From NCBI RefSeq assembly GCF_000021865.1, contig NC_014034.1:1680001-1712000 (forward strand): 32,000 bases of DNA, written 5' to 3'. Source of the DNA: Rhodobacter capsulatus SB 1003. Lineage in GTDB: Bacteria > Pseudomonadota > Alphaproteobacteria > Rhodobacterales > Rhodobacteraceae. The notes under the pieces are model-generated. The model did not search any database. It saw only the letters and a program-made list of their open reading frames with translations, and was not told the origin of the DNA. The translations under genes and the position numbers were made by a program. Shown piece after piece: positions 19,970 to 28,937 of this stretch; positions within the stretch are counted from its first letter, which is position 1; every line of letters begins with the position of its first letter.

Positions 19970-21436
19970 TCAGCCCTTCATCTTGAAGCCCTTGCCGATC
20001 TGATCGGAGGGCTTCACCGGATAATCGCCCGAGAAACAGGCGTCGCAATATTGCGGACAGGCGTTGTCGCGCCCGGCCTCGGCCCCCGCGGCGCGGTAAA
20101 GACCGTCGAGCGAGATGAACTCGAGGCTGTTTACCCCGATCCACTCGCGCATCTCCTCGACCGACATCCGCGCCGCCAGAAGCTTGTTCCGGTCGGGCGT
20201 GTCGACGCCGTAAAAGCAGGGCCAGGCGGTGGGCGGGCTGGCGATGCGGAAATGCACCTCGGCAGCACCTGCTTCGAGGATCATCTCCTTGATCTTGCGG
20301 CTGGTCGTGCCGCGCACCACCGAATCGTCCACCAGCACCACCCGCTTGCCCTTGATCAGGCAGCGGTTGACGTTCAGCTTCAGCCGCACGCCCATGTTGC
20401 GGATATGCTCGGTCGGCTCGATGAAGGTGCGGCCCATGTATTGGTTGCGGGTGATCCCAAGCGCGAAGGGAATCCCCGATTCCTGGCTGTAGCCGATCGC
20501 GGCGGGGGTGCCGCTGTCGGGCACCGGGCAGACCAGATCGGCCTCGACGGGCGCCTCGCGCGCCAGCTCCACCCCGATCTGGCGGCGCGTCTCATAGACC
20601 GAGCGGCCGCCGATGATGCTGTCGGGCCGCGAGAAATAGACATGCTCGAAGATGCAGAACCGCGGTTGCGCCGCATGGAAGGGGCGCGTGCTTTCGATCT
20701 GGCCTTCGTGGATGATCACCATCTCGCCGGGCTCGATCTCGCGCACCAGTTCCGCCCCGATGATGTCGAGCGCGCAGGTCTCGGACGAGAGCACATAGCC
20801 GTTTTCACCCAGCCGCCCCAGCACCAGCGGCCGCACGCCCAAGGGATCGCGCACGCCGATCAGCTTGGTGCGCGTCATCGCGATCACCGAAAACGCCCCC
20901 TCGACCCGGCGCAGCGCATCGGCGATGCGCTCGGCATGGTTGGTCTGGATCGAGCGTGCCATCAGATGGATGATGCATTCGCTGTCCGAGCCGGATTGAA
21001 AGATTGCACCGCGGTCGATCAGCTCGCGGCGCAGCGCATCGGCATTCGTCAGGTTGCCGTTATGGGCGATCGCACAGCCGCCCATCGAAAACTCGCCGAA
21101 GAAGGGCTGGATGTCGCGGATCACCGCCGCTTTCGAGCCCGCCGTCGAATAGCGCACATGGCCGATGGCCAGCGGCCCCGGCAGCGTCTCCATCAGCGAG
21201 GCCTTGGTGAAATTGTCGCGCACATAGCCGAAGCGATGCGCCGAATTGAAGCCCTTGGCCGGATCATGGGCGACGATGCCGCCCGCTTCCTGGCCGCGGT
21301 GCTGCAGCGCATGCAACCCGAGCGCCACGAAATTCGCCGCATCGGCAACGCCGATCACGCCGAAGACGCCGCATTCCTCCTTCAGCTTGTCGTCGTCAAA
21401 GGGATGCGACAGGAAGGTCTTTTCGGCAACGGTCAT
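19970..21436 (-). CDS. purF: Amidophosphoribosyltransferase
   Basis: 488 aa. It has the Ntn-amidotransferase catalytic Cys in ECGVFGV, the PRTase motif VVLVDDSVVRGTT, and C-terminal Fe-S cysteines (CFYGVD..., CPQYCDACF). Confidence 0.95.
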   Translation of the reverse strand: MTVAEKTFLSHPFDDDKLKEECGVFGVIGVADAANFVALGLHALQHRGQEAGGIVAHDPAKGFNSAHRFGYVRDNFTKASLMETLPGPLAIGHVRYSTAGSKAAVIRDIQPFFGEFSMGGCAIAHNGNLTNADALRRELIDRGAIFQSGSDSECIIHLMARSIQTNHAERIADALRRVEGAFSVIAMTRTKLIGVRDPLGVRPLVLGRLGENGYVLSSETCALDIIGAELVREIEPGEMVIIHEGQIESTRPFHAAQPRFCIFEHVYFSRPDSIIGGRSVYETRRQIGVELAREAPVEADLVCPVPDSGTPAAIGYSQESGIPFALGITRNQYMGRTFIEPTEHIRNMGVRLKLNVNRCLIKGKRVVLVDDSVVRGTTSRKIKEMILEAGAAEVHFRIASPPTAWPCFYGVDTPDRNKLLAARMSVEEMREWIGVNSLEFISLDGLYRAAGAEAGRDNACPQYCDACFSGDYPVKPSDQIGKGFKMKG

Positions 21437-21482
21437 GGGAAGGCTCCAGGGATCTTGGGCTTGGCGCGGCTTTAACGCGAAA

Positions 21483-21506
21483 CGGGAGGGGTGTTAAGCC
21501 CTCCCG
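21483..21506 (-). terminator. Hairpin between cvpA and purF (possible attenuator or processing site)
   Basis: CGGGAGGG / CCCTCCCG, a perfect 8-bp stem with an 8-nt loop. On the minus strand it is followed by TTTCGCGTT. Confidence 0.4.
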
Positions 21507-21552
21507 CTCGGAATTCCTTACAAAGCTGTCACGATTTCGCGCGGGTCATGGC

Positions 21553-22155
21553 TCAGTTCGTGGCGGGGGGCGTCACGCCGCCGGGCAAAACCGTCTCGGC
21601 GGCGGGGGTGCATTTCGCCACCAGGGTTTCATAGCGCGCGACGATCCAGCCCGGCGCATCATCGGGCATCGTGTCGTCCATCTGCCCGCTCAGCTTCGAA
21701 AACACCTTGGCCGAGCGGGAATTTTCCACCACCGGCATCGCCTGCGCCGTGACCAGCTTGTCATAGACGACAAAGGCCACGGCAACGAGGATCACGCCCC
21801 GCGCGACGCCGAAGAGAAAGCCGAGCCCCTGATCGAGCCCCCCCAGAACCGAGCGCTGCACCAGCGTCGCAAAAAGCGGCGTCAGGATCGAGAAGAGCAC
21901 CAGCGAGAGCGCAAAGACCGCGGCGAAACCGCCGATCGTCGCCAGTTCGCAGCTGTCGGCCAGGAATTTGTTCAGGACCGGCAGCTGCGCGATCAAGGGC
22001 TTGGCGGCATCGGCAAAAGTATAGGCCAGCACCGCGGCGCCGATCCAGCCCATGATGGCCAGCCCCTCGCGCACGAAGCCGCGGCTGTAGGCGAGGATCG
22101 CCGACAGGATGATGGTGATCGCCACGATGGCGTCGACGATGGTGAACCCTTCCAT
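21553..22155 (-). CDS. cvpA: CvpA family (colicin V production) membrane protein
   Basis: 200 aa. Four TM helices starting MEGFTIVDAIVAITIILSAILAYSRGFVRE, in the conserved position upstream of purF. Confidence 0.85.
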   Translation of the reverse strand: MEGFTIVDAIVAITIILSAILAYSRGFVREGLAIMGWIGAAVLAYTFADAAKPLIAQLPVLNKFLADSCELATIGGFAAVFALSLVLFSILTPLFATLVQRSVLGGLDQGLGFLFGVARGVILVAVAFVVYDKLVTAQAMPVVENSRSAKVFSKLSGQMDDTMPDDAPGWIVARYETLVAKCTPAAETVLPGGVTPPATN

Positions 22156-22176
22156 GGTTCCAAACCCCCTGTGACG

Positions 22177-23544
22177 CTAGCCCGCGCCGAACATGTCCCC
22201 AACGAATGTCACGAGGTCGGGCAGCTTGCGCAGCGCCATCCCCGCCCCGCCTTCAAGCTTGGTGCCCACCGGCAGGATCGCCTGTGAGAAACCAAGTTTC
22301 TCCGCCTCTTTCAACCTGTTTTCCGCCTGACCCACCGGGCGCAGCGCCGCCGAAAGCGAGATTTCCCCGAAAATCACCAGATCGGCCGGAAGCGCCACAT
22401 CCTCGCGCGCCGAAAGCAGCGCAGCCGCCAAGGCGAGATCGGCGGCGGGCTCCAGCACCTTCAGCCCGCCCGCGACATTGAGGAACACATCCAGCCCGGC
22501 AAAGGGAATGCCGCAGCGGCTTTCCAGCACGGCCAGAATGGTCGAGACCCGCCCCGAATCGAGCCCCACCACCGTGCGCCGGGGGCTGGCGAGTGAGGAG
22601 GGGGCAACAAGCGCCTGAATTTCGGTGAGCACCGGCCGCGTGCCCTCGATCCCCGCAAAGACCGCCGAGCCGGGGGCGGGCTGGCCGCGCTCAGAAAGAA
22701 AGAGGGCCGAGGGGTTGGCGACCTCGGCGAGGCCCCCGCCGGTCATCTCGAAAACGCCGATCTCGCTGGCCGGGCCGAAGCGGTTCTTCACCGCGCGCAG
22801 GATGCGGAACTGATGGCCGCGTTCGCCCTCGAAATACAGCACGGTGTCGACCATGTGTTCGACGACGCGCGGACCGGCAATCTGGCCTTCCTTGGTGACA
22901 TGGCCCACCAGGATCACCGAAACCCCGCGCGATTTGGCAAAGCTCACCAGCTCATGCGCGGCGGCGCGGACCTGGCTGACCGAGCCCGGGGCGGCTTCGA
23001 CCATGTCGGCCCACATCGTCTGGATCGAGTCGATCACCACCAGATCGGGCCGTTCGGCTTCAAGCGTCGTCAGGATGTCGCGCAGGTTGGTCTCGGCGCC
23101 AAGGCTGACGGGCGCATCGGCCAGACCCAGCCGCAAGGCCCGCATCCGCACCTGCGCCGAGGCTTCCTCGCCCGAGATGTAAAGGCATTTCAACCCCTTG
23201 CGGGCGAAAGCCGCAACGGCCTGCAAGAGCAGCGTCGATTTCCCGATCCCCGGATCGCCCCCCACCAGGATCGCCGAGGCGGGGACAAGCCCGCCCCCCA
23301 GCACCCGGTCAAACTCCGCCATGCCCGAAAGCGTGCGCGGCGGCGGCGCCTCTTCATGGGCAAGCGTCGTCAGATCGATGCGCCGCCCCTTGGCCCCGCC
23401 CAGGCTCTTGCCCGCGGGGCCGGTCGAAAGCGGCGCCTCTTCGACGATCGAATTCCACGCGCCGCAGGCGTCGCAGCGCCCCGACCATTTGCGATGGACA
23501 GCACCACAGCCGGTGCAGGTGAAGTTTGCGGATGCCTTGGCCAT
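22177..23544 (-). CDS. radA: DNA repair protein RadA
   Basis: 455 aa. N-terminal zinc finger CTGCGAVHRKWSGRCDACGAWN, Walker A GDPGIGKSTLLLQ, KNRFG motif (AVKNRFGPASE) and a Lon-like C-terminal domain. Confidence 0.95.
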   Translation of the reverse strand: MAKASANFTCTGCGAVHRKWSGRCDACGAWNSIVEEAPLSTGPAGKSLGGAKGRRIDLTTLAHEEAPPPRTLSGMAEFDRVLGGGLVPASAILVGGDPGIGKSTLLLQAVAAFARKGLKCLYISGEEASAQVRMRALRLGLADAPVSLGAETNLRDILTTLEAERPDLVVIDSIQTMWADMVEAAPGSVSQVRAAAHELVSFAKSRGVSVILVGHVTKEGQIAGPRVVEHMVDTVLYFEGERGHQFRILRAVKNRFGPASEIGVFEMTGGGLAEVANPSALFLSERGQPAPGSAVFAGIEGTRPVLTEIQALVAPSSLASPRRTVVGLDSGRVSTILAVLESRCGIPFAGLDVFLNVAGGLKVLEPAADLALAAALLSAREDVALPADLVIFGEISLSAALRPVGQAENRLKEAEKLGFSQAILPVGTKLEGGAGMALRKLPDLVTFVGDMFGAG

Positions 23545-23612
23545 GCGCCCTTGTGGCAGAGCCCCGCGCAGCCTGCAAGCGCCGGGCAGAGAAGGGGGCG
23601 CCGCAGCCTGTC

Positions 23613-24356
23613 TCAGCGGATCGCGGCGATCGGGCCCTCGGCCCGGCCATGGATGAATTGCGTCACATAAGGGTCTGACGTCGCGTCCATTTCCGCAATC
23701 GAGCCATGCCAGCGAATGAGCCCGTCATGCAGCATGGCCACCCGGTCGGCGATGGCCCGGACCGAGGACATGTCATGGGTGATGGTGATCGCGGTCGCCC
23801 CCATCTCGCGCACGACGGAATTGATCAGATCGTTGATCACGCCTGACATGATCGGATCAAGCCCCGTCGTCGGCTCGTCGAAGAAGATCACCGTGGGGTC
23901 GGTGGCAATGGCGCGGGCCAGCCCCACCCGCTTTTGCATGCCGCCCGAGAGTTCGGCCGGGAAAAGATCGGCGACCTCGGGGCCAAGGCCGACGCGGGCG
24001 AGTTTCTCCACCGCCACGGCGCGGGCCTCGGCCTTGGGGCGCTTGTGCGGGCCGCGCAGCAGCCGGAAGGCGACGTTTTGCCAGACGCTCAGGCTGTCAA
24101 ACAGCGCCGCGCCCTGAAACAGCATGCCGAAGCGCGACAGAAACTCTTCGCGCGCCGCGACCACGGGGGCGCCGTTGACCCGGATCGACCCGGAATCGGG
24201 CGTCACGAGGCCGAGGATGCATTTCAAAAGCACCGATTTCCCGGTGCCCGAGCCGCCGATGACCACCAGGCTTTCGCCGCGTTCGATGCGCAGGGACACG
24301 CCGCGCAGCACCTGTTTCGACCCGAAGGATTTCGCGAGGGTTTCGATCTCGATCAT
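23613..24356 (-). CDS. ABC transporter ATP-binding protein, MlaF-like
   Basis: 247 aa. Walker A GGSGTGKS, signature LSGGMQKR, Walker B IFFDEPT. The start overlaps the stop of the upstream permease gene (ATGA). Confidence 0.8.
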   Translation of the reverse strand: MIEIETLAKSFGSKQVLRGVSLRIERGESLVVIGGSGTGKSVLLKCILGLVTPDSGSIRVNGAPVVAAREEFLSRFGMLFQGAALFDSLSVWQNVAFRLLRGPHKRPKAEARAVAVEKLARVGLGPEVADLFPAELSGGMQKRVGLARAIATDPTVIFFDEPTTGLDPIMSGVINDLINSVVREMGATAITITHDMSSVRAIADRVAMLHDGLIRWHGSIAEMDATSDPYVTQFIHGRAEGPIAAIR

Positions 24357-25132
24357 TTGGAGAAGAACACCTCGGTCAGCAGGTAGTTAGAGGCAAGGAT
24401 CGCGACCGAAGCCGCGACGACCGCGGATTTCGTCGCCCGGCCCACGCCCTGCGCGCCGCGGCCCGAATTCATCCCGTAATAGCAGCCCATCAGCGCGACC
24501 AGGAAGCCGAAGGCCGCGCCCTTGACCAGACCCGAGCCGACATCCCACAGTTCCAGATATTCCCAGGTGTTGCGGATATAGGTCGCCGAGTTGAAACCGA
24601 GCCGCTCCGTCCCGATCAGCCAGCCGCCCAGAACACCGATGACATCGCCCACGGCCACAAGCAGCGGCACCGAGAGCGTCGCCGCCAGAACGCGCGGAAC
24701 CGCCAGATATTTCAACGGGTTGGTGGACAGTGTGACCAAAGCGTCGATCTGTTCGGTCACCTTCATCGTGCCGATCTCGGCCGCGATGGAACTGGCCACC
24801 CGCGCCGCGACCATCAGTCCGCCCAGCACCGGGCCCAGTTCGCGCACCATCCCGATCGCGACGATCGAGGGCACGACGCTTTCGGCCGAAAACCGCGCCC
24901 CCCCCGCATAGATCTGCAGCGCCAGCGCCGCGCCGGTGAAGAAGGCCGTCATGCCGACGACGGGCAAGGACAGCCAGCCGATCTGCAAGAGCGCCTGCAG
25001 GAATTCGCGGCTGTAAAAGGGCGGGCGCAGCATGTGGCTCAGCACAGCACCGGTGAAAAGGCTGATCCGGCCCGCGCCCGCAAGCGCCGCCAGAACGGTG
25101 CGGCCAAGCCCGGCCAGGGCCGAGAGGATCAC
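24353..25132 (-). CDS. ABC transporter permease, MlaE family
   Basis: 259 aa polytopic membrane protein with MlaE-like blocks (REL.PVL..L..A.R..S..AAEIG.M.V.EQIDAL). Its GTG start overlaps the alr stop (GTGA). Confidence 0.8.
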   Translation of the reverse strand: MILSALAGLGRTVLAALAGAGRISLFTGAVLSHMLRPPFYSREFLQALLQIGWLSLPVVGMTAFFTGAALALQIYAGGARFSAESVVPSIVAIGMVRELGPVLGGLMVAARVASSIAAEIGTMKVTEQIDALVTLSTNPLKYLAVPRVLAATLSVPLLVAVGDVIGVLGGWLIGTERLGFNSATYIRNTWEYLELWDVGSGLVKGAAFGFLVALMGCYYGMNSGRGAQGVGRATKSAVVAASVAILASNYLLTEVFFSK

Positions 25133-26178
25133 GCCAACCCCCCGACATAGCTGCGCTGATAGCGTTGCCCCAGCGCGGTCAGGATTTCATAGCCGATCGT
25201 GCCCGCGACCTCGGCCAAAGCATCGACACCCTGATGCGGCCCAAGGATCTCAAGGCTTTGCGGCACCTCGGGCAGATCGGTGACATCGACGGTGATCAGA
25301 TCCATCGAAACGCGGCCGACGAGCGGGCAGGGGGTGTCGCCCGCCCAGAGCGTCGCCTTGCCCGAAAACCGGCGCGAGAGCCCGTCGGCATAACCCGCGG
25401 CGACGGTGGCGATGCGGCTTTCGCGCGCCGCCGTCCAGCTGTTGGCATAGCCCACCGTCTCGCCCGGCGCGACGGTGCGGATCTGCACCACCGGCAGCGA
25501 CAGCCGCACCACCGCACGGGCGGTTTCGAACGGCAGCCCGCCATAAAGACCGATGCCGGGCCGGGTGACGTCGAAATGATAGTCGGGGCCCAGCAGGATG
25601 CCGCCCGTCGCCGAAAGCGCGCGTTTCAGCCCCAGACCGTCGGTCATGGCGCGGAAATTCTTCAACTGCATCGCATTCATCGGATGCTCGGGTTCGTCCG
25701 AACAGGCCAGATGGCTCATCACCAGCTTCGGCCCGGCGGCGATCAGCTCGGCCGAAACCGCCGCCCAATCGGCGGGCTCAAGGCCAAGCCGGTTCATCCC
25801 AGTATCCAGCTGCACGCCAAAAGCCGCGCCGGGCAGGGCGTCGACATGGCGCTTCACCTGCTCGACCGAGTTCAGCATCGGCGTCAGGCCCAGATCGCCG
25901 ATCATCTCGGTGTCGCCCGCCATATGGCCGGAAAAGACAAAGATCTCGGGGCCTTCGCCCAGGGCCTGGCGGACGGCGGCGCCCTCCTCGGCGGCGGCGA
26001 CAAAGAACTTGCGTGCCCCCGCCCGGGCCAGAACCCGCGCCACCCGCGCGGCGCCAAGGCCGTAGCTGTCGGCCTTGACCACCGCCCCGGTCTCGGTGGC
26101 GGCGGAAGTCATTGCGTCAAGCGCCCGCCAATTGGCAAGCACGGCGTCAAGATCGATGCGGAGCGATGCTGTGGTCAT
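25129..26178 (-). CDS. alr: Alanine racemase
   Basis: 349 aa. The PLP-lysine block is [10 protein letters not shown], and the C-terminal beta domain contains GRVSMD. Confidence 0.9.
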   Translation of the reverse strand: MTTASLRIDLDAVLANWRALDAMTSAATETGAVVKADSYGLGAARVARVLARAGARKFFVAAAEEGAAVRQALGEGPEIFVFSGHMAGDTEMIGDLGLTPMLNSVEQVKRHVDALPGAAFGVQLDTGMNRLGLEPADWAAVSAELIAAGPKLVMSHLACSDEPEHPMNAMQLKNFRAMTDGLGLKRALSATGGILLGPDYHFDVTRPGIGLYGGLPFETARAVVRLSLPVVQIRTVAPGETVGYANSWTAARESRIATVAAGYADGLSRRFSGKATLWAGDTPCPLVGRVSMDLITVDVTDLPEVPQSLEILGPHQGVDALAEVAGTIGYEILTALGQRYQRSYVGGLA

Positions 26179-26310
26179 GCGGTTTTCTTGAGCCTGAGGG
26201 GCCGAAGGTCAAGCGCAAACATCCGTGAACGCGCGCGCCCGCGGCAGATGTGGCAGGGGGGCTCGTTCAGGGGGCTTGCGCGGCGCCACTGGCGCCACGG
26301 TCCCCCTTCA

Positions 26311-26400
26311 CCCCGTCCGCAAGCGGACTCCCCGAGGTATTTCGGGCAAGATGAAAACACCCCGGGTCGGCTTTCATCTTGCCACAAATATCCCGCGGGG
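26311..26400. repeat. Palindromic intergenic repeat, family A, copy 2
   Basis: It has the same 23-mer CCCCGTCCGCAAGCGGACTCCCC (26311-26333) as copy 1, and the arms GGTATTTCGGGCAAGATGAAA / TTTCATCTTGCCACAAATATCC. It lies between the dnaB stop and the alr start. A GC hairpin CCGGGGGC-gcgaa-GCCCCCGG (26403-26423) follows it. Confidence 0.7.
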
Positions 26401-26430
26401 GTCCGGGGGCGCGAAGCCCCCGGCCTTGGC

Positions 26431-27912
26431 TCAGAACCCGTCCGAGCCGTCGCCCTGCCAGGGCCGGGCGAGGTCCGAAAACCGGGTGAAGCGGCTTTCG
26501 AACGCCACTTCGACGGTGCCGATCGGGCCGTGGCGCTGCTTGCCCAGGATCACCTCCGCCTTGCCATGCACGCGTTCGGCCTTTTGCATCCATTCGGCGA
26601 ATTTCGGATCGTCCTCCGGCGGCTTCAGACGTTCGTGATAATATTCGTCGCGATAGACGAACATCACCACGTCGGCATCCTGTTCGATCGAGCCCGATTC
26701 GCGCAGGTCGCTCAGCTGCGGGCGCTTGTCCTCGCGGCTTTCCACCGTCCGGCTCAGCTGCGAGAGCGCCATCACCGGAATGTTCAGCTCTTTCGCGATC
26801 GCCTTCAGCCCCATCGAGATCTCGCCGATCTCCTGCACCCGGTTGTCGGTCCGCCCCGAGCCGCGCAGCAGCTGCAGATAGTCGACGATCACCACATCCA
26901 GCCCATGCGTGCGCTTGAGCCGCCGACAGCGCGCCGCCACCTGCGAGATCGGCAGGGCGGGGGTGTCGTCGATGTAAAGCGGGCAGGTTTCCAGCGCCTT
27001 CGCCGCCTCGACGAAACGGCGGAATTCGGCCTCGGTCATGTCGCCGCGGCGGATCTGTTCCGAGGGCACTTCGGAGGCTTCCGACAGCACCCGCGCCGCC
27101 AGCTGTTCGGCCGACATCTCGAGCGAGAAGAAGCCGACGACGCCCCCCTCGACCGCGCCTTCGGTGCCGTCATGGCGCATCCCGCGCTTGTAGGCCTTGG
27201 CGATGTTGAAGGCGATGTTGGTCGCAAGCGAGGTCTTCCCCATCGAGGGGCGCCCGGCCAGGATCAGAAGGTCGGAAGGGTGCAGCCCGCCCAGTTTCCG
27301 GTCGAGATCACGCAGGCCGGTGGAGACGCCCGCAAGCCCGCCCTCGCGCTGATAGGCGGCGTTCGCCGATTGCACCGCCTCGGTCACCGCCTTGAGAAAG
27401 CTCACAAATCCCTTGTCGGCCGTGCCCGATTCCGCCAGCTTGTAAAGCGCGCCCTCGGTCTTGACGATCAGGTCTTCGGGCTCCAGCCCGACCTCGACCT
27501 TCTGCGCGGACGCCGACAGATCCTTGCCCAGCCGGATCAGCTCGCGCCGCAGCGCCAGATCATGGATCATCTGCGCATAGTCGCGCGCGGCGTAAGACGA
27601 GATCGCCGCCCCGGCAAGACGCGCCAGATAAGTGGCGCCGCCAAGCGCCTTGAGCCCCTCGTCATCCTCCAGATAGGCCTTGAGCGTCACCGGCGAGGCG
27701 AGCGCGTTCTTCTGGATCCGCGCCGCCGCCACCTCGAAGATGGTGCGATGCACGGGTTCGAAGAAATGCTCCGCCCGCACCACCGAGGCGATCCGGTCCA
27801 TGACATCGTTATTCGTCAGGATCAGCCCCAGAAGCTGTTGTTCCGCCTCGATATTATGCGGCAGAGCCTCTTCTTCCGGCATCTCGGGTCTGATCGGTGC
27901 AAGCGTGTTCAT
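26431..27912 (-). CDS. dnaB: Replicative DNA helicase
   Basis: The start is moved to the ATG at 27912 (MNTLAPIRPEMPEEEALPHNIEAEQQLLG), the canonical DnaB N terminus, preceded by GAGG. Walker A is GRPSMGKTSLATN. 493 aa, no intein. Confidence 0.95.
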   Translation of the reverse strand: MNTLAPIRPEMPEEEALPHNIEAEQQLLGLILTNNDVMDRIASVVRAEHFFEPVHRTIFEVAAARIQKNALASPVTLKAYLEDDEGLKALGGATYLARLAGAAISSYAARDYAQMIHDLALRRELIRLGKDLSASAQKVEVGLEPEDLIVKTEGALYKLAESGTADKGFVSFLKAVTEAVQSANAAYQREGGLAGVSTGLRDLDRKLGGLHPSDLLILAGRPSMGKTSLATNIAFNIAKAYKRGMRHDGTEGAVEGGVVGFFSLEMSAEQLAARVLSEASEVPSEQIRRGDMTEAEFRRFVEAAKALETCPLYIDDTPALPISQVAARCRRLKRTHGLDVVIVDYLQLLRGSGRTDNRVQEIGEISMGLKAIAKELNIPVMALSQLSRTVESREDKRPQLSDLRESGSIEQDADVVMFVYRDEYYHERLKPPEDDPKFAEWMQKAERVHGKAEVILGKQRHGPIGTVEVAFESRFTRFSDLARPWQGDGSDGF

Positions 27913-27994
27913 TTCTGCCTCATGATCCCATCCCCCGGGCTCTTCTAGCGACGGGCGGGGGAAAACGGAAACCTTCCGCAAGGTCGGATAACCC

Positions 27995-28003
27995 TGTGGA
28001 CAA
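27995..28003 (-). promoter_or_regulatory. DnaA-box-like 9-mer (TTGTCCACA on minus strand)
   Basis: One mismatch to TTATCCACA. It lies 83-91 nt upstream of the dnaB start. Confidence 0.3.
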
Positions 28004-28114
28004 AAGCGCAACCGCGCCGCAGTTTAGCGCATTTTTGGGGGAATTTCCACCAAGGACCACAAGATATTGCGGGTATCCCCCCGGGCGCGCGAGTCGCCCC
28101 GGGTTGTCCCCATT

Positions 28115-28123
28115 TCATCCACA
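28115..28123 (+). promoter_or_regulatory. DnaA-box-like 9-mer (TCATCCACA)
   Basis: One mismatch to TTATCCACA, in the opposite orientation to the box at 27995-28003. It sits in the pyrE-dnaB intergenic region. Confidence 0.3.
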
Positions 28124-28153
28124 GGCGTATCCCCGGGGTTCTCCCCGGAAATC

Positions 28154-28834
28154 TCAGCCCTTCTTGTGGGCCTCCTGCCAGGCGCGCGGGGCGCTCAGGA
28201 AGGCCTCGACCTCGTCAAGCGTCGCGGCGTCAAAGGCACCCTGCGCGCGGGCCTCGGCCAGAACGTCCCACCAGGTGCAGAGATGGTGCAATTGCACCCC
28301 ATGCGCGGCCAGATTGGGCACGGTTTCCGGGAAGATGCCGTAGTAGAAGATCACCGCCGTATGGGCGCAGGTCGCGCCGGTCTCGCGGATCGCATCGACG
28401 AAGCTCAGCTTGCTGCCGCCGTCGGTGGTCAGATCCTCGACCAGCAGCACGCGCTGGCCTTCGGTCATCGCGCCTTCGATGCGGGCATTGCGGCCGTAGC
28501 CTTTCGGCTTTTTGCGCACATAGGTCATCGGCAGCGCCAGCCGCTCGGCCACCATCGCGGCAAAGGGGATGCCCGCGGTTTCGCCACCCGCGATATTGTC
28601 AAACGCCTCGAAGCCCGCGTCGCGCAGCACGGTGACGGCGAGGAAATCCATCAAGGTCGAGCGGATGCGCGGATAGCTGATCAGCTTGCGGCAGTCGATA
28701 TAGGTGGGCGAGGGCAGGCCCGAAGCCAGCGTGAAGGGCGTCTCGGCGTTGAAATGCACCGCCTTGATTTCCAGAAGCATCCGCGCGGTCAACCGGGCGA
28801 TTTCTTCCCGGGCGGGATAGGAGGAGGGGATCAT
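28154..28834 (-). CDS. pyrE: Orotate phosphoribosyltransferase
   Basis: 226 aa. PRPP-binding motif [13 protein letters not shown], with N-terminal blocks FTLASG..SP.YIDCR. Confidence 0.92.
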   Translation of the reverse strand: MIPSSYPAREEIARLTARMLLEIKAVHFNAETPFTLASGLPSPTYIDCRKLISYPRIRSTLMDFLAVTVLRDAGFEAFDNIAGGETAGIPFAAMVAERLALPMTYVRKKPKGYGRNARIEGAMTEGQRVLLVEDLTTDGGSKLSFVDAIRETGATCAHTAVIFYYGIFPETVPNLAAHGVQLHHLCTWWDVLAEARAQGAFDAATLDEVEAFLSAPRAWQEAHKKG

Positions 28835-28852
28835 GTGCTTGTCCTCATGCTG

Positions 28853-28935
28853 TTTTTTCTTGGTGCAAATACGCCTCTTTTCGACCGTGGTGCCTGTGGC
28901 GCGGGTGGAAAGGGCGTATTTCGGCCAAGAAGAAG
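28853..28935. repeat. Palindromic intergenic repeat, family B, complete copy
   Basis: 19-bp inverted arms TTCTTGGTGCAAATACGCC (28857-28875) and GGCGTATTTCGGCCAAGAA (28913-28931), with 2 mismatches, fill the pyrC-pyrE spacer. Confidence 0.65.
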
Positions 28936-28937
28936 GA

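Noticed and set aside
27913-28153. Possibility that the dnaB upstream region with DnaA-box-like motifs is a replication origin.
   Set aside because: There are only two imperfect boxes, no AT-rich unwinding element and no clustering of further boxes. The flanking genes are not typical oriC neighbours. A promoter-level role is the most I can support.
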